Source: Candidatus Bruticola sp. (GTDB lineage Bacteria; Vulcanimicrobiota; Xenobia; Xenobiales; Xenobiaceae). From it: a stretch of DNA of 64,000 nt. Under the pieces are notes generated by a model. It was given only the letters and a program-made list of their open reading frames with translations, ran no database searches and was not told the DNA's origin. How positions within the stretch are numbered: the first letter of the stretch is position 1; each line of letters opens with the position of its first letter. Shown piece by piece: positions 9,261 to 19,249 of the stretch. The position numbers and the translations under genes are program-made. The stretch lies in assembly GCA_051874735.1 (NCBI GenBank), contig JBJEGD010000026.1, forward strand, positions 96,001-160,000, in the 5' to 3' direction.

Positions 9261-11285
9261 ATGAAATTACAGCCGCGTGTTTTTTTTAATATGGGAGCCA
9301 TAGTTTTAGGAATTGCTTGTTTAACTTTGCCGGCTGTGGCCAACAGTGGTACCCCAGAAAAGTTTTCTTCCAAGCATAATGCTATCGTCCGCCAAGTTAA
9401 GGGCAACCTTACCATAGAAGGAGTGCCGACAATCCCTGATTCTCTGATTGAACGCTTGGCTCAGTACTCTAATGTGCGTTCCGCAGTAGTGGGTGATTGG
9501 GATCCCCAGGCTAAGGGCCTCTTAGTTTTTACCCGTTTTGGTCAAACTTCTCAAGTTCATCGTGTAGCTCGTCCGGGTTCTTTTCGCGAGCAGATTACTT
9601 TCTTTGATGAGCCTGTCAACAGTATAGCCGTCAATCCTGACAGTAAACGTAACGAAATGGTAATGCTGAAAGATGTAGGCGGCAACGAAAATTATCAAAT
9701 ATTCTTGTGGAATTTTAGTGATGGCCGTTCTAAAATGCTCACTAATGGTAAGGCCAGATATGGCTCTGTAGTATGGAATGATGAAGGTACTAAAATAGCC
9801 TACCAGTCTACTGAACGTGATGGCGCTAATTGGGATATTTGGATTATGGATCCTAAACATCCTGAACAAGCTAAAATGGTTTACAGCCCTGGAGGGTATT
9901 GGGGGGTATTAGATTGGTCTAAACAAGGCGATCGTTTGCTTCTTTATAAATATATTTCTATTACAGAATCGTCTATGGTGGTTCTCGATTTAAATAGCGG
10001 CAAGACTATACCTATTGGCATAGATGACGCTTCTCAACCTCCTTTTGCTTTAGGAGAGGTCGCTAAATTTTCTACCGACGGTAAGGGAGTGTTCTTTACT
10101 ACAGATAGTGGCAGCGAATTTCAGCGTTTAGCTTATCAAGATCTGTCTACTAAAAAAATAAGTTACATGGCGAGAGATATCCAGGCTGATGTGATTGATA
10201 TACAAATCAGCAAAGATGGCAGCTTGTTGGCTTTTGTTACTAATGAGGATGGTTTTTACAAAATTTATGTTATGAACTTAAATAAGGGAAACTGTAAATA
10301 TCGCCGTTTAACTACTATACCTGAAGGTGTGGTTTACGGAATGAAATTTTCCCCTGACCGTCGTTTGGCTGTTAGCATCGGATCTGGTAATAGGCCTTGT
10401 GATACTTATACTGTTAACTTAGATCGAAAAGATGAGTGCTTGCGTTGGACTTTTAGTGAGGCCGGCGGTTTAGACACTTCTTCTTTTGCTGAACCTAAAC
10501 TTTTACATTACCCTACTTTCGATAATGACGGGGACAAAGCACGTCAAATTCCCGCTTTTGTTTACATGCCTAAAAAAGCTGCCTCAGAGCCCTGTCCTGT
10601 ACTTATTCAAATCCACGGAGGGCCAGAGAGTCAATATCAGCCTTATTTCAGTTCGTTTATTCAGTATTTAGTCAATGAAAAAGGTATAGCTGTTATCGCT
10701 CCCAATGTTCGGGGCTCTCATGGTTATGGCAAAACTTATGTGTCTTTAGATAACGGATACAAGAGAGAAGATTCTGTTAAAGATATCGGTGCTCTCATTG
10801 ATTGGATAAAAAAACAGCCTCAGTTCAATGGAAAGATCGCTGTTATGGGAGGTTCGTACGGCGGTTATATGACTTTAGCTTCCATGACTCATTACAGTCA
10901 GGATTTGAGTTGCGGCATAGACAACGTAGGTATTAGCAATTTTGTGACTTTCTTAGAGAATACTAATCCTAATCGCCAAGACTTGCGTCGTGTTGAATAT
11001 GGTGATGAGCGAGATCCGGAAATGAGAGCTTTTATGGAAAAAATTGCTCCGGCTAATAATGCTGCCAAGATAACTAAACCTCTTTATGTGGTACAGGGAT
11101 ACAACGATCCGCGCGTTCCTGTTACTGAAGCAGAACAAATGGTTCGAGAAATACGTCAGGCTGGCGGTTTAGTTTGGTATTGCTGTGCCGCTGATGAAGG
11201 ACACGGATTCGCCAAAAAGAACAATCGCGATTATTACTGGCAGTCTGCAGTGCTTTTCTTAGAGAAATATTTGTTAGGTAAATAA
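9261..11285 (+). CDS. S9 prolyl oligopeptidase family peptidase, exported
   Basis: Signal peptide; beta-propeller region; IHGGP, GGSYGG nucleophile, NDPRVP, DEGHGF. Start ATG 9261 after AGGAG. Confidence 0.92.
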   Translation: MKLQPRVFFNMGAIVLGIACLTLPAVANSGTPEKFSSKHNAIVRQVKGNLTIEGVPTIPDSLIERLAQYSNVRSAVVGDWDPQAKGLLVFTRFGQTSQVHRVARPGSFREQITFFDEPVNSIAVNPDSKRNEMVMLKDVGGNENYQIFLWNFSDGRSKMLTNGKARYGSVVWNDEGTKIAYQSTERDGANWDIWIMDPKHPEQAKMVYSPGGYWGVLDWSKQGDRLLLYKYISITESSMVVLDLNSGKTIPIGIDDASQPPFALGEVAKFSTDGKGVFFTTDSGSEFQRLAYQDLSTKKISYMARDIQADVIDIQISKDGSLLAFVTNEDGFYKIYVMNLNKGNCKYRRLTTIPEGVVYGMKFSPDRRLAVSIGSGNRPCDTYTVNLDRKDECLRWTFSEAGGLDTSSFAEPKLLHYPTFDNDGDKARQIPAFVYMPKKAASEPCPVLIQIHGGPESQYQPYFSSFIQYLVNEKGIAVIAPNVRGSHGYGKTYVSLDNGYKREDSVKDIGALIDWIKKQPQFNGKIAVMGGSYGGYMTLASMTHYSQDLSCGIDNVGISNFVTFLENTNPNRQDLRRVEYGDERDPEMRAFMEKIAPANNAAKITKPLYVVQGYNDPRVPVTEAEQMVREIRQAGGLVWYCCAADEGHGFAKKNNRDYYWQSAVLFLEKYLLGK

Positions 11286-11306
11286 ATTAACTTTATTAGT
11301 TATCTT

Positions 11307-11354
11307 AAAAATAAAGAGCTTCTCTACTATAAAGTAGCAAAGCTCTTTATTTTT
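11307..11354. terminator. bidirectional intrinsic terminator
   Basis: aaaaataaagagctt/aagctctttattttt inverted repeat between convergent genes. Confidence 0.8.
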
Positions 11355-11412
11355 ATGGCGCGTAGATGGTAACTTTATATTGTACTGAGGTAAAAAAGCT
11401 TATGGCTTAAAA

Positions 11413-11736
11413 CTAGGGAGTACCAGGAAAACTGTCAACGAATTTAACAGTGAAGTCGGGGAAAGAGTCGACAAATTGAATTTTATAATCGGGGAAAGAG
11501 TCGACAAGCTGCCATTTCCCCGGGCCATCAGGAAAACTTTTAACTACTTTAACTTTCAGATCGGGAAAAGAATTGTCTACTTTAACCTTATAATCGGGGA
11601 AAGAATTAACTATCTGAATTCTGCCGTATATTCCGCTAACAGGAACTTTCGGTTTTGCTTGTACATTGGTGGCTGCGCAGGCAAAGAGTATAATTAGCGT
11701 CAGTAAAGCTGCAGACAAGGAGATCTGCTTTCTCAT
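11413..11736 (-). CDS. small secreted SFPD-repeat protein (resembles DUF6150 / septoil-knot family)
   Basis: Signal peptide ending VQA; six SFP(D/G) units spaced about 11-14 aa apart; GGAGG RBS. Family name is from recollection. Confidence 0.75.
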   Translation of the reverse strand: MRKQISLSAALLTLIILFACAATNVQAKPKVPVSGIYGRIQIVNSFPDYKVKVDNSFPDLKVKVVKSFPDGPGKWQLVDSFPDYKIQFVDSFPDFTVKFVDSFPGTP

Positions 11737-11857
11737 ATTGCACCTCCTGAAAATAGTTTTATTGACCTTTGCACTGAATTATTTCAGAGTCTACATGTTA
11801 ATATCGTCTTTTCGTCTATTTTCCTTTGCACAAGTTATATAATACCCAAATTTAATA

Positions 11858-11907
11858 AAGCCACAGTTTTATTGTACTAAAAATAGTACCTGTATAAACT
11901 GTGGCTT
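11858..11907 (-). terminator. hairpin downstream of the EEP gene
   Basis: 12-bp stem aagccacagttt/aaactgtggctt. Confidence 0.55.
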
Positions 11908-11934
11908 CATTTCACTCTATATGCCAGTAAAACG

Positions 11935-12831
11935 TTAGCCTCTAATATTAAATTCGGAAGTAATCATGAGATGGTCTGAGGCTGTGGAAGATACCCAGCG
12001 AGTGTCTGTAGTATCGGATTGCGTATAACGATGGACTTGAGAGCTCACCAAGCGGTTGGACATAGATTTCGGGAAAATCATGTGATCGAACTGCTCGGGA
12101 GCAAAACCATTACTCTTTTTGGGATTGGCGGGCCAAGTGTTGCGCTCTGCATCGGGTTTGCCTGCTAAACTGTCGACCCATTCTTCGCGCCCTCCGCCTG
12201 GATTCAAGACTGCTTGGACGGAAGCGTCGTCAGTGTTGTCGTTGAAGTCGCCGGTAAGCACGAAGAGACGGCCGGGGAATTCTTTCATTTCCGCTTCAGC
12301 AATGTCGCGCATAGCGCGCCCTTCGCTCAGGCGTTTCGTATCGGCGCTCACATGACCGGGAGCAGAGGGTCTTCTAGATTTTGAATGGGTAGTATATAAG
12401 CTGAGATCGGCGCTCTGGTTGCCATCGACATCTATATCGACGCGGAGCAAGTCGCGGCTGAATTTAGTGTCGCCGCTGCCGTCGGCTAGAGGGAAGGTTA
12501 CGTCTTTATGGGAGACAACCTCAGTAAAGGGATATTTAGAGATTACTGCTACGTTTACGCCGCGTCCGTCGTTGCCGGGAACGTGAGCTACGTATTTATA
12601 ATTTTTGCTAAGCCCGCGAGTTTCGAGGAATTCATCTAAGGTTTCTTTAGATGTACACTCTTGTAAGGCTACTACGTCGGCGTCAGCTCTTCTAATATTT
12701 TCGGCCAAAGCGTCTAAAGAACGCTCGCTCTTCACTGGAGTGCGGCCACCGCCAGCCCTTTGCACGTCGCGATCAGCAAACATGTTTTTTACATTGTAAG
12801 TACCTATGGTTACAGACGTTTTGCCTATCAT
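11935..12831 (-). CDS. endonuclease/exonuclease/phosphatase (EEP) family protein
   Basis: TYNVKN, ADVVALQE, HSKS, TGDFND, FDHM, SDH. Confidence 0.92.
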   Translation of the reverse strand: MIGKTSVTIGTYNVKNMFADRDVQRAGGGRTPVKSERSLDALAENIRRADADVVALQECTSKETLDEFLETRGLSKNYKYVAHVPGNDGRGVNVAVISKYPFTEVVSHKDVTFPLADGSGDTKFSRDLLRVDIDVDGNQSADLSLYTTHSKSRRPSAPGHVSADTKRLSEGRAMRDIAEAEMKEFPGRLFVLTGDFNDNTDDASVQAVLNPGGGREEWVDSLAGKPDAERNTWPANPKKSNGFAPEQFDHMIFPKSMSNRLVSSQVHRYTQSDTTDTRWVSSTASDHLMITSEFNIRG

Positions 12832-13169
12832 ATTATTTAAACCCCGCTGGATAAACTTTCTTTATACCGCTGTACTTTTAATACAGAAGTAGAATTAAGA
12901 ATATAAGTTCCTCCCGCCGCATCTTTTTTAAGAAAATGACGATCCAAAAGCATTTGTCTACTTCTGTTGGCTGTAAACCAACACAAGCAGCTGATACTTG
13001 CGACTCACAACCAAAAATTTTCTTTAACGGCGGACTATAAAACTAGAAAAAGATGCGGCAGTCCAGCTTAGGCGTCAGCCTAAGCAGCTTTCTGCACACT
13101 ATTATAAAGATTATACGTATAATTAACTACAAACAAAACTTTTGTGTAAGTGATTTAATGTATTTTTTG

Positions 13170-14363
13170 TTAATTTTCTAATATATCATTTTTAATCAGA
13201 GCTTCTTCTACTATTTTAGCCATAAAACGATGGCCTTCTGGAGTGAAATGTACAGAATCTGCAAAAAGGCGGTCGTATTGCTGAGGTGGCAGAGACGCAA
13301 AAATTTGTGGAGCATCTATTATCATTATGTTGTATTCGGCAGCTAGGCGGCGCAAAGCTTCATGATAAAGAGGTAACTGAGAGCTATTAGCTATATGGCG
13401 ATTAGTAGGTTCTAGAAGGAGAACTAGTTGGAATCCGTCTTCTTGGCTCAGTTTATAAAAATTTTTTATATTTTCGATAAACTCAGATAAGGGCACACGT
13501 TCAGTGGCGTTAACATCGCCACTTCGGCGGCTGTACATACTGCGGCTGTGCAGGCGCAGACTAAGGCTGCGTACTAGGATACATATTCGGCTGCGATATA
13601 TCCAGGAGCGCAGATAATGAATCCACTTGTTGTCCGTAATTACTGAACGGTCAGTGGAAAAAGCTTCATTGGCATCGTGATAGCCAAAGGCTTCTATAAC
13701 CATATCGGGTTTGTAAGGGGCTATGTCCGATTTGTAGAGCATCAGTCCCTGCCATGAGGAATAACCGGAAATAGCTCCATCAATTACTTCTATGTGGCGA
13801 TGGCCATTGGCTTGGGCTTGTCGTCTGTTTAAATTATTCTGCAGTACTTTTGGGTAACAGTGTTTGGGGGCATATTGATGGCGGAAGGCAGAAATAGCCT
13901 GAGAATCGCCTAAAACGGTAATACGGAAGGTATTGCTATTTTTATGGCGCGGGTGTTCCTGATCAAAAATGCCGCTTATAGAAGTCCGCGAAGTACCGAC
14001 CATATTAGTTCTGCGTCCGCGTTCATTGGCTGTCGCTTCTGGATTAGCTTTCCAAAAGGTGAGGGGATCGGGAATAAATAATTTAGAGGGACTGTAGTAA
14101 GGCAAGTGAAGCATAGCTTCGAAAATAACAAAGAATAGAAATGTAACAAGCAGATTACGCTTGAACAGAGAAAGCCTTGCCCAGCCTGAATATTTTTGGG
14201 CCACTACTTGACTTAGTTTGCATAGTAGGGCAGCAATAGTAAAACCCAATAGAAGGCTGGCTATAATTTGATTATCTAGCAGTCTGGGAATATTGCCTAT
14301 AAGATATTGAGAACTTAGGGCCGTTTCTCCGCCGCTTACTATGTAAAATGCAGTATCTTCCAT
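13170..14363 (-). CDS. membrane-anchored SGNH/GDSL hydrolase family protein
   Basis: Two N-terminal hydrophobic segments; LGDS, ISGYSS, DSVHFTPEGH. Confidence 0.85.
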   Translation of the reverse strand: MEDTAFYIVSGGETALSSQYLIGNIPRLLDNQIIASLLLGFTIAALLCKLSQVVAQKYSGWARLSLFKRNLLVTFLFFVIFEAMLHLPYYSPSKLFIPDPLTFWKANPEATANERGRRTNMVGTSRTSISGIFDQEHPRHKNSNTFRITVLGDSQAISAFRHQYAPKHCYPKVLQNNLNRRQAQANGHRHIEVIDGAISGYSSWQGLMLYKSDIAPYKPDMVIEAFGYHDANEAFSTDRSVITDNKWIHYLRSWIYRSRICILVRSLSLRLHSRSMYSRRSGDVNATERVPLSEFIENIKNFYKLSQEDGFQLVLLLEPTNRHIANSSQLPLYHEALRRLAAEYNIMIIDAPQIFASLPPQQYDRLFADSVHFTPEGHRFMAKIVEEALIKNDILEN

Positions 14364-14408
14364 GTGCCGTTAACTAGTGACTGAGTGTTTTTTATGTTGT
14401 TAGAAAAC

Positions 14409-16958
14409 TTATAACTCCGATAGGGGAGTATGTAGCAGTCGGCTGTAATAACTGATGATTTTTTTAGTCTGTTCTCGATTTTCATTTAAAAGTTCTATAC
14501 GGAAGGAAACTACTCCGGATCTGCCCAGCATAGGTAGTAGTTTTTGCCTCTGTTTGGGAGTCTGATCGAAGATTGTATTGCGGCAGTAGCAGTCTGTGCG
14601 CACTAAATGTGAATATTGCATACGATCTATTATATAAAGATCTTTTTTCAGGCAAGGTTGGCCGCAGCTTTTAGAGTCTGAGCCTGAACTAAGCAAGTTG
14701 GCGTAAAGACAATGACGGGAGTGAAAAACTGGTAAATGTCTATATAGGGTAAATACTAAACGCTCTGTGGGTGACATAGATGGGGGATAATTGGAGGCTA
14801 ATTTTTTTAGGCCACCGAGCAAAACTGTCAGCTTTTGTTCGTCTAGATCGTCGCATGGTGTCAAAGTGTCTAGGCCTAGTCTGAGTAAAGTATCAAAAGT
14901 TAAAGAATTAACTGCATTAAATGAAAAATCGCCGTGCAGAGCGGGAATTTTTTTGCCCTGGAGCCGCAAGTTTATACAATATTGCAGACTGCCTAAATTT
15001 CGCAGGAGCAAAGCCTCTGGATTAAATTTTAACAGCTTATCTAGAATTGAAATTTCACCTTGTTTTTGAATGCGTGGAGCAGCTAAGCACAAGGGCAGAG
15101 CAGAAGAAGTAGAACGAATAGCTTGGATCATTAATTCAAGTTTTTCGGGGCGGAAAGCTTCCAATTCCAGAGAAGTGCATCCCATTTCTAGTGCTGTTTC
15201 TGTTTGTTCTAAGGTGCGGCACAGCACATTTAAGCAATTTTTAGTTTGAATTGCTTGGCGTCCCTGCGGATCGGGTAGAATAAAAGAAGAACGGTTATCT
15301 GCTTGAGGTAGCGTATTTTTTTTCTGCTTCAGATACTCAATTATAGAAGCAGTCAAAGTGCGGCGCATTGGTTTTAATTCTGATAAAGGTAGGAACAGTC
15401 CCGGAGCCAAAGACTCTGCCTGGACATTTTCCAAATGCAAGGGGGTATTGCTGAGGTCTGCAAATTTTTCAGCTATGGAAGTTGCTGTTAAAGCGTTTTT
15501 TTGGGCTTTGCTTAATATATTGTGGCTGCATACTGTAAATTCTTGTTCTATTCCACTTACTGAGGCTCTGATCTGTAAGGGGTTGTTTAAAGAACCGCTA
15601 ATAGTCAAATTTAAAGACAGTCTGCCCCGGCGCGGTTCATGCATAGATTGACTGATGCGTTTGACCGTCGCAGGGGAGCTAGTAACGTAAACTAAATCGC
15701 CAATATGTACTTTAGATAGATCGGGACCTGGTTTGCTGAAGCCTAGAATAGCTTCTCCTGCATGGGATGAACAAGAGAAAATCGGTCCCCCTTGTACTTC
15801 TTCTGCTGAATTTTTTTTAGCTAGATCGGAAAGAAATAGCACGCCCATGCCGTTTTGCAGTATTATGGGGGCTGCTTCTATAGATCGTCGATCGCGCTCG
15901 CATGATGACAATTTTACTCTTATTTTGTAGCCGTTTTTAGCTATTACAGTACCTAGCAGTTGCCCTCTGTGTTTAGGATATCCTTTTTGGGTGAAAGTTT
16001 GATGATTTACTGAACTTAAGAAGCCAGGAGTAAATCCTCGGGAAAATGTAACATTTAAATCACTTATGTTGCGGCGAAGTTCCAATATTTGGGCCTCTTC
16101 CGGATTGCGGAAGTTCCCTGCCGTATCAAAGTGAGCATCGACCCATGAGCGCATTGTTTTTACGGCCATGTAAACATAGGCAGCTCCCTTCAGTCTCCCT
16201 TCTATTTTAAGCGAACTTACCTGAGCTTTAATCAGCTCGTTTACTTTATTAAAACCTGCTAAATCACAGGGACTGAGCAAATGAGAGGGGGCAGAAAGTT
16301 TGATGAGACCAGAGCTAAAATCGAGTTTTTGTCCATGTGGCAGAGCTGCCCAACGAAAAGGTAGGCGGCAGGGCTGAGCACATTGTCCTCTATTAGCTGA
16401 ACGTCCGCCCCAAGTTAAACTGGCTAAACATTGGCCGCTGAAGGAGACGCATAAAGCTCCTAGGGCAAATACTTCTAATTCGCAGTCAGTATCTTTTTTT
16501 ATAGAAGCTATATCGTTTGAACTAAGCTCTCTGGCGACAACAACCCTTTGAAATCCCAGATTTTTAGCTAAAGAAACTCCGCAGCTGTCGCTTATAGTCA
16601 TTTGAGTGCTGGCATGGAGACGCACTGAAGGGGCCAGTTGACTAGCTAGTCGAGCCACTCCTAAATCTTGAACGATTAGGGCATCTACTTGGCATTTTTC
16701 AATTTCACGCAGAATATTTTCCAGTTTAGACAGCTCATCTTCAAATACTAGAGTGTTTAAAGTTATATAAGCTTTAGCTCCGGAATGGTGAATTTCATCT
16801 ATAGTTTGTTGTAGTGTGGAAAGAGTAAAGTTTTGGGCTCTGGCTCTGGCATTAAAACCTTCAGAAAGACCAAAATAAACTGCGTCTGCCCCAGCCTGTA
16901 AGGCTGCCTGCAAAACTTGATAATCGCCCACAGGGGCTAAAACTTCTGGCTTGAACAT
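14409..16958 (-). CDS. U32 peptidase family protein with DUF3656-type C-terminus (RlhA-like RNA hydroxylation protein)
   Basis: PEVLAPVG, GADAVY, HASTQM, CVSFSGQC, RSANRGQCAQPCR, LKIEGR; length matches long U32 members. Confidence 0.87.
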   Translation of the reverse strand: MFKPEVLAPVGDYQVLQAALQAGADAVYFGLSEGFNARARAQNFTLSTLQQTIDEIHHSGAKAYITLNTLVFEDELSKLENILREIEKCQVDALIVQDLGVARLASQLAPSVRLHASTQMTISDSCGVSLAKNLGFQRVVVARELSSNDIASIKKDTDCELEVFALGALCVSFSGQCLASLTWGGRSANRGQCAQPCRLPFRWAALPHGQKLDFSSGLIKLSAPSHLLSPCDLAGFNKVNELIKAQVSSLKIEGRLKGAAYVYMAVKTMRSWVDAHFDTAGNFRNPEEAQILELRRNISDLNVTFSRGFTPGFLSSVNHQTFTQKGYPKHRGQLLGTVIAKNGYKIRVKLSSCERDRRSIEAAPIILQNGMGVLFLSDLAKKNSAEEVQGGPIFSCSSHAGEAILGFSKPGPDLSKVHIGDLVYVTSSPATVKRISQSMHEPRRGRLSLNLTISGSLNNPLQIRASVSGIEQEFTVCSHNILSKAQKNALTATSIAEKFADLSNTPLHLENVQAESLAPGLFLPLSELKPMRRTLTASIIEYLKQKKNTLPQADNRSSFILPDPQGRQAIQTKNCLNVLCRTLEQTETALEMGCTSLELEAFRPEKLELMIQAIRSTSSALPLCLAAPRIQKQGEISILDKLLKFNPEALLLRNLGSLQYCINLRLQGKKIPALHGDFSFNAVNSLTFDTLLRLGLDTLTPCDDLDEQKLTVLLGGLKKLASNYPPSMSPTERLVFTLYRHLPVFHSRHCLYANLLSSGSDSKSCGQPCLKKDLYIIDRMQYSHLVRTDCYCRNTIFDQTPKQRQKLLPMLGRSGVVSFRIELLNENREQTKKIISYYSRLLHTPLSEL

Positions 16959-16993
16959 AAAAATTTTTCCTAAAATTAATGCTGACGAAAATA

Positions 16994-17749
16994 TTAAAAC
17001 TGAAAAGAATTAGGAGTGCCCTGCCAATTTATTAAAAATGCCTGTAAAGAGTCTGGATGGAAGTTCAAGGCCAAAGATAAGCACATGTTTGGTATAAAGA
17101 AAGAGCTCTTTAAGTACAAGCAGCTAGGGGAGGGAAGAGGGCCTGAGCGAACGTTGACGGGGAGTTGGTGCAGAACTTCGAAGCTGTCAAGGCGAGTGCG
17201 CAAACCTGTCCCCCACATTTTTAAGCAAGCTTCTTTACGGGTCCATAAATAGGCAAATTCTTGTCTTTGCTTAAGCTCGTTGCGGTAAGCTGACAAGTGT
17301 TGCCATTCCTTTACGCTGAAAAAACGCTCAGCTAGAGCAAGCATCGGATGTGAAGGAATTTCTTCTAAATCGATGCCTAACTCTACCCTAGCAGCGGTAT
17401 CGGAAGAGTCTGCTGCTGCTAAAACCGCCCAATTACCTGAATGGCTGAAGTTAAAAGGAATTCGCTTAGGAAATGAAAGTTGCGGTTTGCCTAATTCTGA
17501 AGCTGTAAAGACCAACTTGGCTGCTTCTTTATAAAGTTCAGCTGAGCCTTCAGTTAAACTTTTGTTCATTATTTGGGCTAAAAAAAAGCGCAGTCCTAAA
17601 TGGGACAACACAAAGCGGCGCCTGAGATGGGGAAAAATCAGCTTATTGGCACGCTGAAGCTCCTCTCGGCTGAGCAGAATATTGCAGCGTGATTCTAGCT
17701 CAGCCGGAAAACTGCATAAATTAAAGCAGATTATTTTTACCGTAGTCAA
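16994..17749 (-). CDS. Sfp-type 4'-phosphopantetheinyl transferase
   Basis: GKP, FNFSHS, LGIDLE, WTRKEACLK; directly downstream of fabI. Confidence 0.9.
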   Translation of the reverse strand: MTTVKIICFNLCSFPAELESRCNILLSREELQRANKLIFPHLRRRFVLSHLGLRFFLAQIMNKSLTEGSAELYKEAAKLVFTASELGKPQLSFPKRIPFNFSHSGNWAVLAAADSSDTAARVELGIDLEEIPSHPMLALAERFFSVKEWQHLSAYRNELKQRQEFAYLWTRKEACLKMWGTGLRTRLDSFEVLHQLPVNVRSGPLPSPSCLYLKSSFFIPNMCLSLALNFHPDSLQAFLINWQGTPNSFQF

Positions 17750-17758
17750 AGAATTCGT

Positions 17759-18520
17759 TTACATTCCCACTATATTGTAGCCGCAGTCTACGTGCAGAAC
17801 TTCACCCGTAATAGCCGAAGAGGCTTGGGACAGTAAGAATACAGCACTTTGACCTACTTCAGAAGCACTAACGCAACGTTTTAAAGGAGAACGCTCGCTG
17901 GTAATATGGAGCATATCAGTAAAACCGTGTATGCCTCTGGCGGAAAGAGTTTTTATAGCTCCAGCTGAAATAGCATTAACTCTAATATTTTGTGGCCCTA
18001 AATCGGCAGCCAAATAGCGCACTGAAGATTCTAAAGCCGACTTAGCTACTCCCATAACATTGTAATTTTTTACAACTTTCTCTGCCCCAAAGTAACTTAA
18101 AGATACAATGCTGCCACCTTCTGTCATCAAAGGAGCTGCTCTGCGGGCTAAGGCTACTAGTGAGTAGACACTTGTTTCCATGGCTGTGATGAAACCGGCG
18201 CGTGAAGTATCAACAAAGCGCCCCATTAAATCTTCGCCTTTGGCAAAGGCTACAGAGTGAACTACAAAATCGAGTTTGCCCCATTTACTTTCAATTTCTT
18301 GGAAAAGAGCGTCTAAACTATCCTCATTGTTGACGTCGCAGGGTAGGATATAATCAGCTTTTAAACTTTCAGCTAAAGGACGCATGCGTTTCTCAATGGC
18401 AGCATTGAGATAAGTGAAACCTAACTCTGCTCCCTGTTTAGACGCTGCTTCGGCAATACCCCAAGCTATGGAATTGGCATTGGCTAAGCCTACTATTAAA
18501 CCGCGTTTACCTTGCAGCAT
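17759..18520 (-). CDS. fabI: enoyl-ACP reductase
   Basis: SIAWGIA, VHSVAFA, YNVMGVAK, NAISAGAIKT. Confidence 0.96.
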   Translation of the reverse strand: MLQGKRGLIVGLANANSIAWGIAEAASKQGAELGFTYLNAAIEKRMRPLAESLKADYILPCDVNNEDSLDALFQEIESKWGKLDFVVHSVAFAKGEDLMGRFVDTSRAGFITAMETSVYSLVALARRAAPLMTEGGSIVSLSYFGAEKVVKNYNVMGVAKSALESSVRYLAADLGPQNIRVNAISAGAIKTLSARGIHGFTDMLHITSERSPLKRCVSASEVGQSAVFLLSQASSAITGEVLHVDCGYNIVGM

Positions 18521-18649
18521 TTGTTCCTTCTCCTTAAATAAGTTTGGCTTACAAATTGTAGCAAAATTTTTTCCTCACCCTTCAATTTTATAATTTGTCT
18601 ATCCTTCAGATGGACGTTCCTTTTTAGGGTATAGGCCTTTTTCCATAAT

Positions 18650-18678
18650 AAAAAAAGAGCCCCCCTTCAGGGGAGCTC
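18650..18678 (-). terminator. intrinsic terminator of small gene copy A
   Basis: Minus strand GAGCTCCCC-TGAA-GGGGGGCTC followed by a T7 tract. Confidence 0.85.
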
Positions 18679-18704
18679 CCTATTAGTTAGCCGCTAACTA
18701 CAGA

Positions 18705-18977
18705 CTAGCTGCGAATGTACTCATCCCACTTGCCAAACATCTTGTCCTGGGTTTTGGCGCGGTTCACAGTTACATCCTGCTGGATCTCGAAGATCTTAGT
18801 CTGGGTGTCCTGGAGGATTTTCCAGCGTTCCATCTGCTGCTTCTGAGCATCGGCCTGCATCTGGGTGTAAATAGTTTGCGCCTGCTGAAGGTCACTGGCA
18901 GTCATTTGAGCTGCGGACGCTGCGGCTGCGAAACCGCCACCACCTAAAAAGTTACTTATACCACCGAAAATACCCAT
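18705..18977 (-). CDS. 90-aa Gln-rich helical protein, tandem copy A
   Basis: ATG 18977 after GGAGG; C-terminal 74 aa identical to copy B despite synonymous DNA changes. Confidence 0.9.
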   Translation of the reverse strand: MGIFGGISNFLGGGGFAAAASAAQMTASDLQQAQTIYTQMQADAQKQQMERWKILQDTQTKIFEIQQDVTVNRAKTQDKMFGKWDEYIRS

Positions 18978-19018
18978 TGTACTTACCTCCATAAGGTAAA
19001 ATTTTTTTTCTTGCCCCT

Positions 19019-19047
19019 AGTATCACGTGTACAATTAAAAAAGTAAA
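19019..19047 (-). promoter_or_regulatory. promoter of copy A, TTTACT-N17-GATACT
   Basis: Same spacing and motif upstream of all three copies. Confidence 0.7.
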
Positions 19048-19180
19048 GACTTCTTATAGAAAAAATAATTTTTTTATATATTTGATAAAAATATTAAAAC
19101 AATAGATAAATATCAGATTAAGAAGCAGAAACAGCTAAGTCCACGTCTTTGCTGATGCCTGGCAAATTTCATTTAAATAT

Positions 19181-19217
19181 AAAATGTGCTCCCGTCCTAA
19201 GGGCGGGAGCACATTTT
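19181..19217 (-). terminator. intrinsic terminator of copy B
   Basis: aaaatgtgctcccgtcc/gggcgggagcacatttt stem. Confidence 0.85.
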
Positions 19218-19249
19218 TTCAGTTATTCTTAAACGTTTGAAAGATCAAA

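Noticed and set aside
16994-17749. Sfp-type PPTase as a sign of NRPS/PKS
   Set aside because: It is co-transcribed with fabI and no synthase genes are in the window; ACP activation is the simpler explanation.
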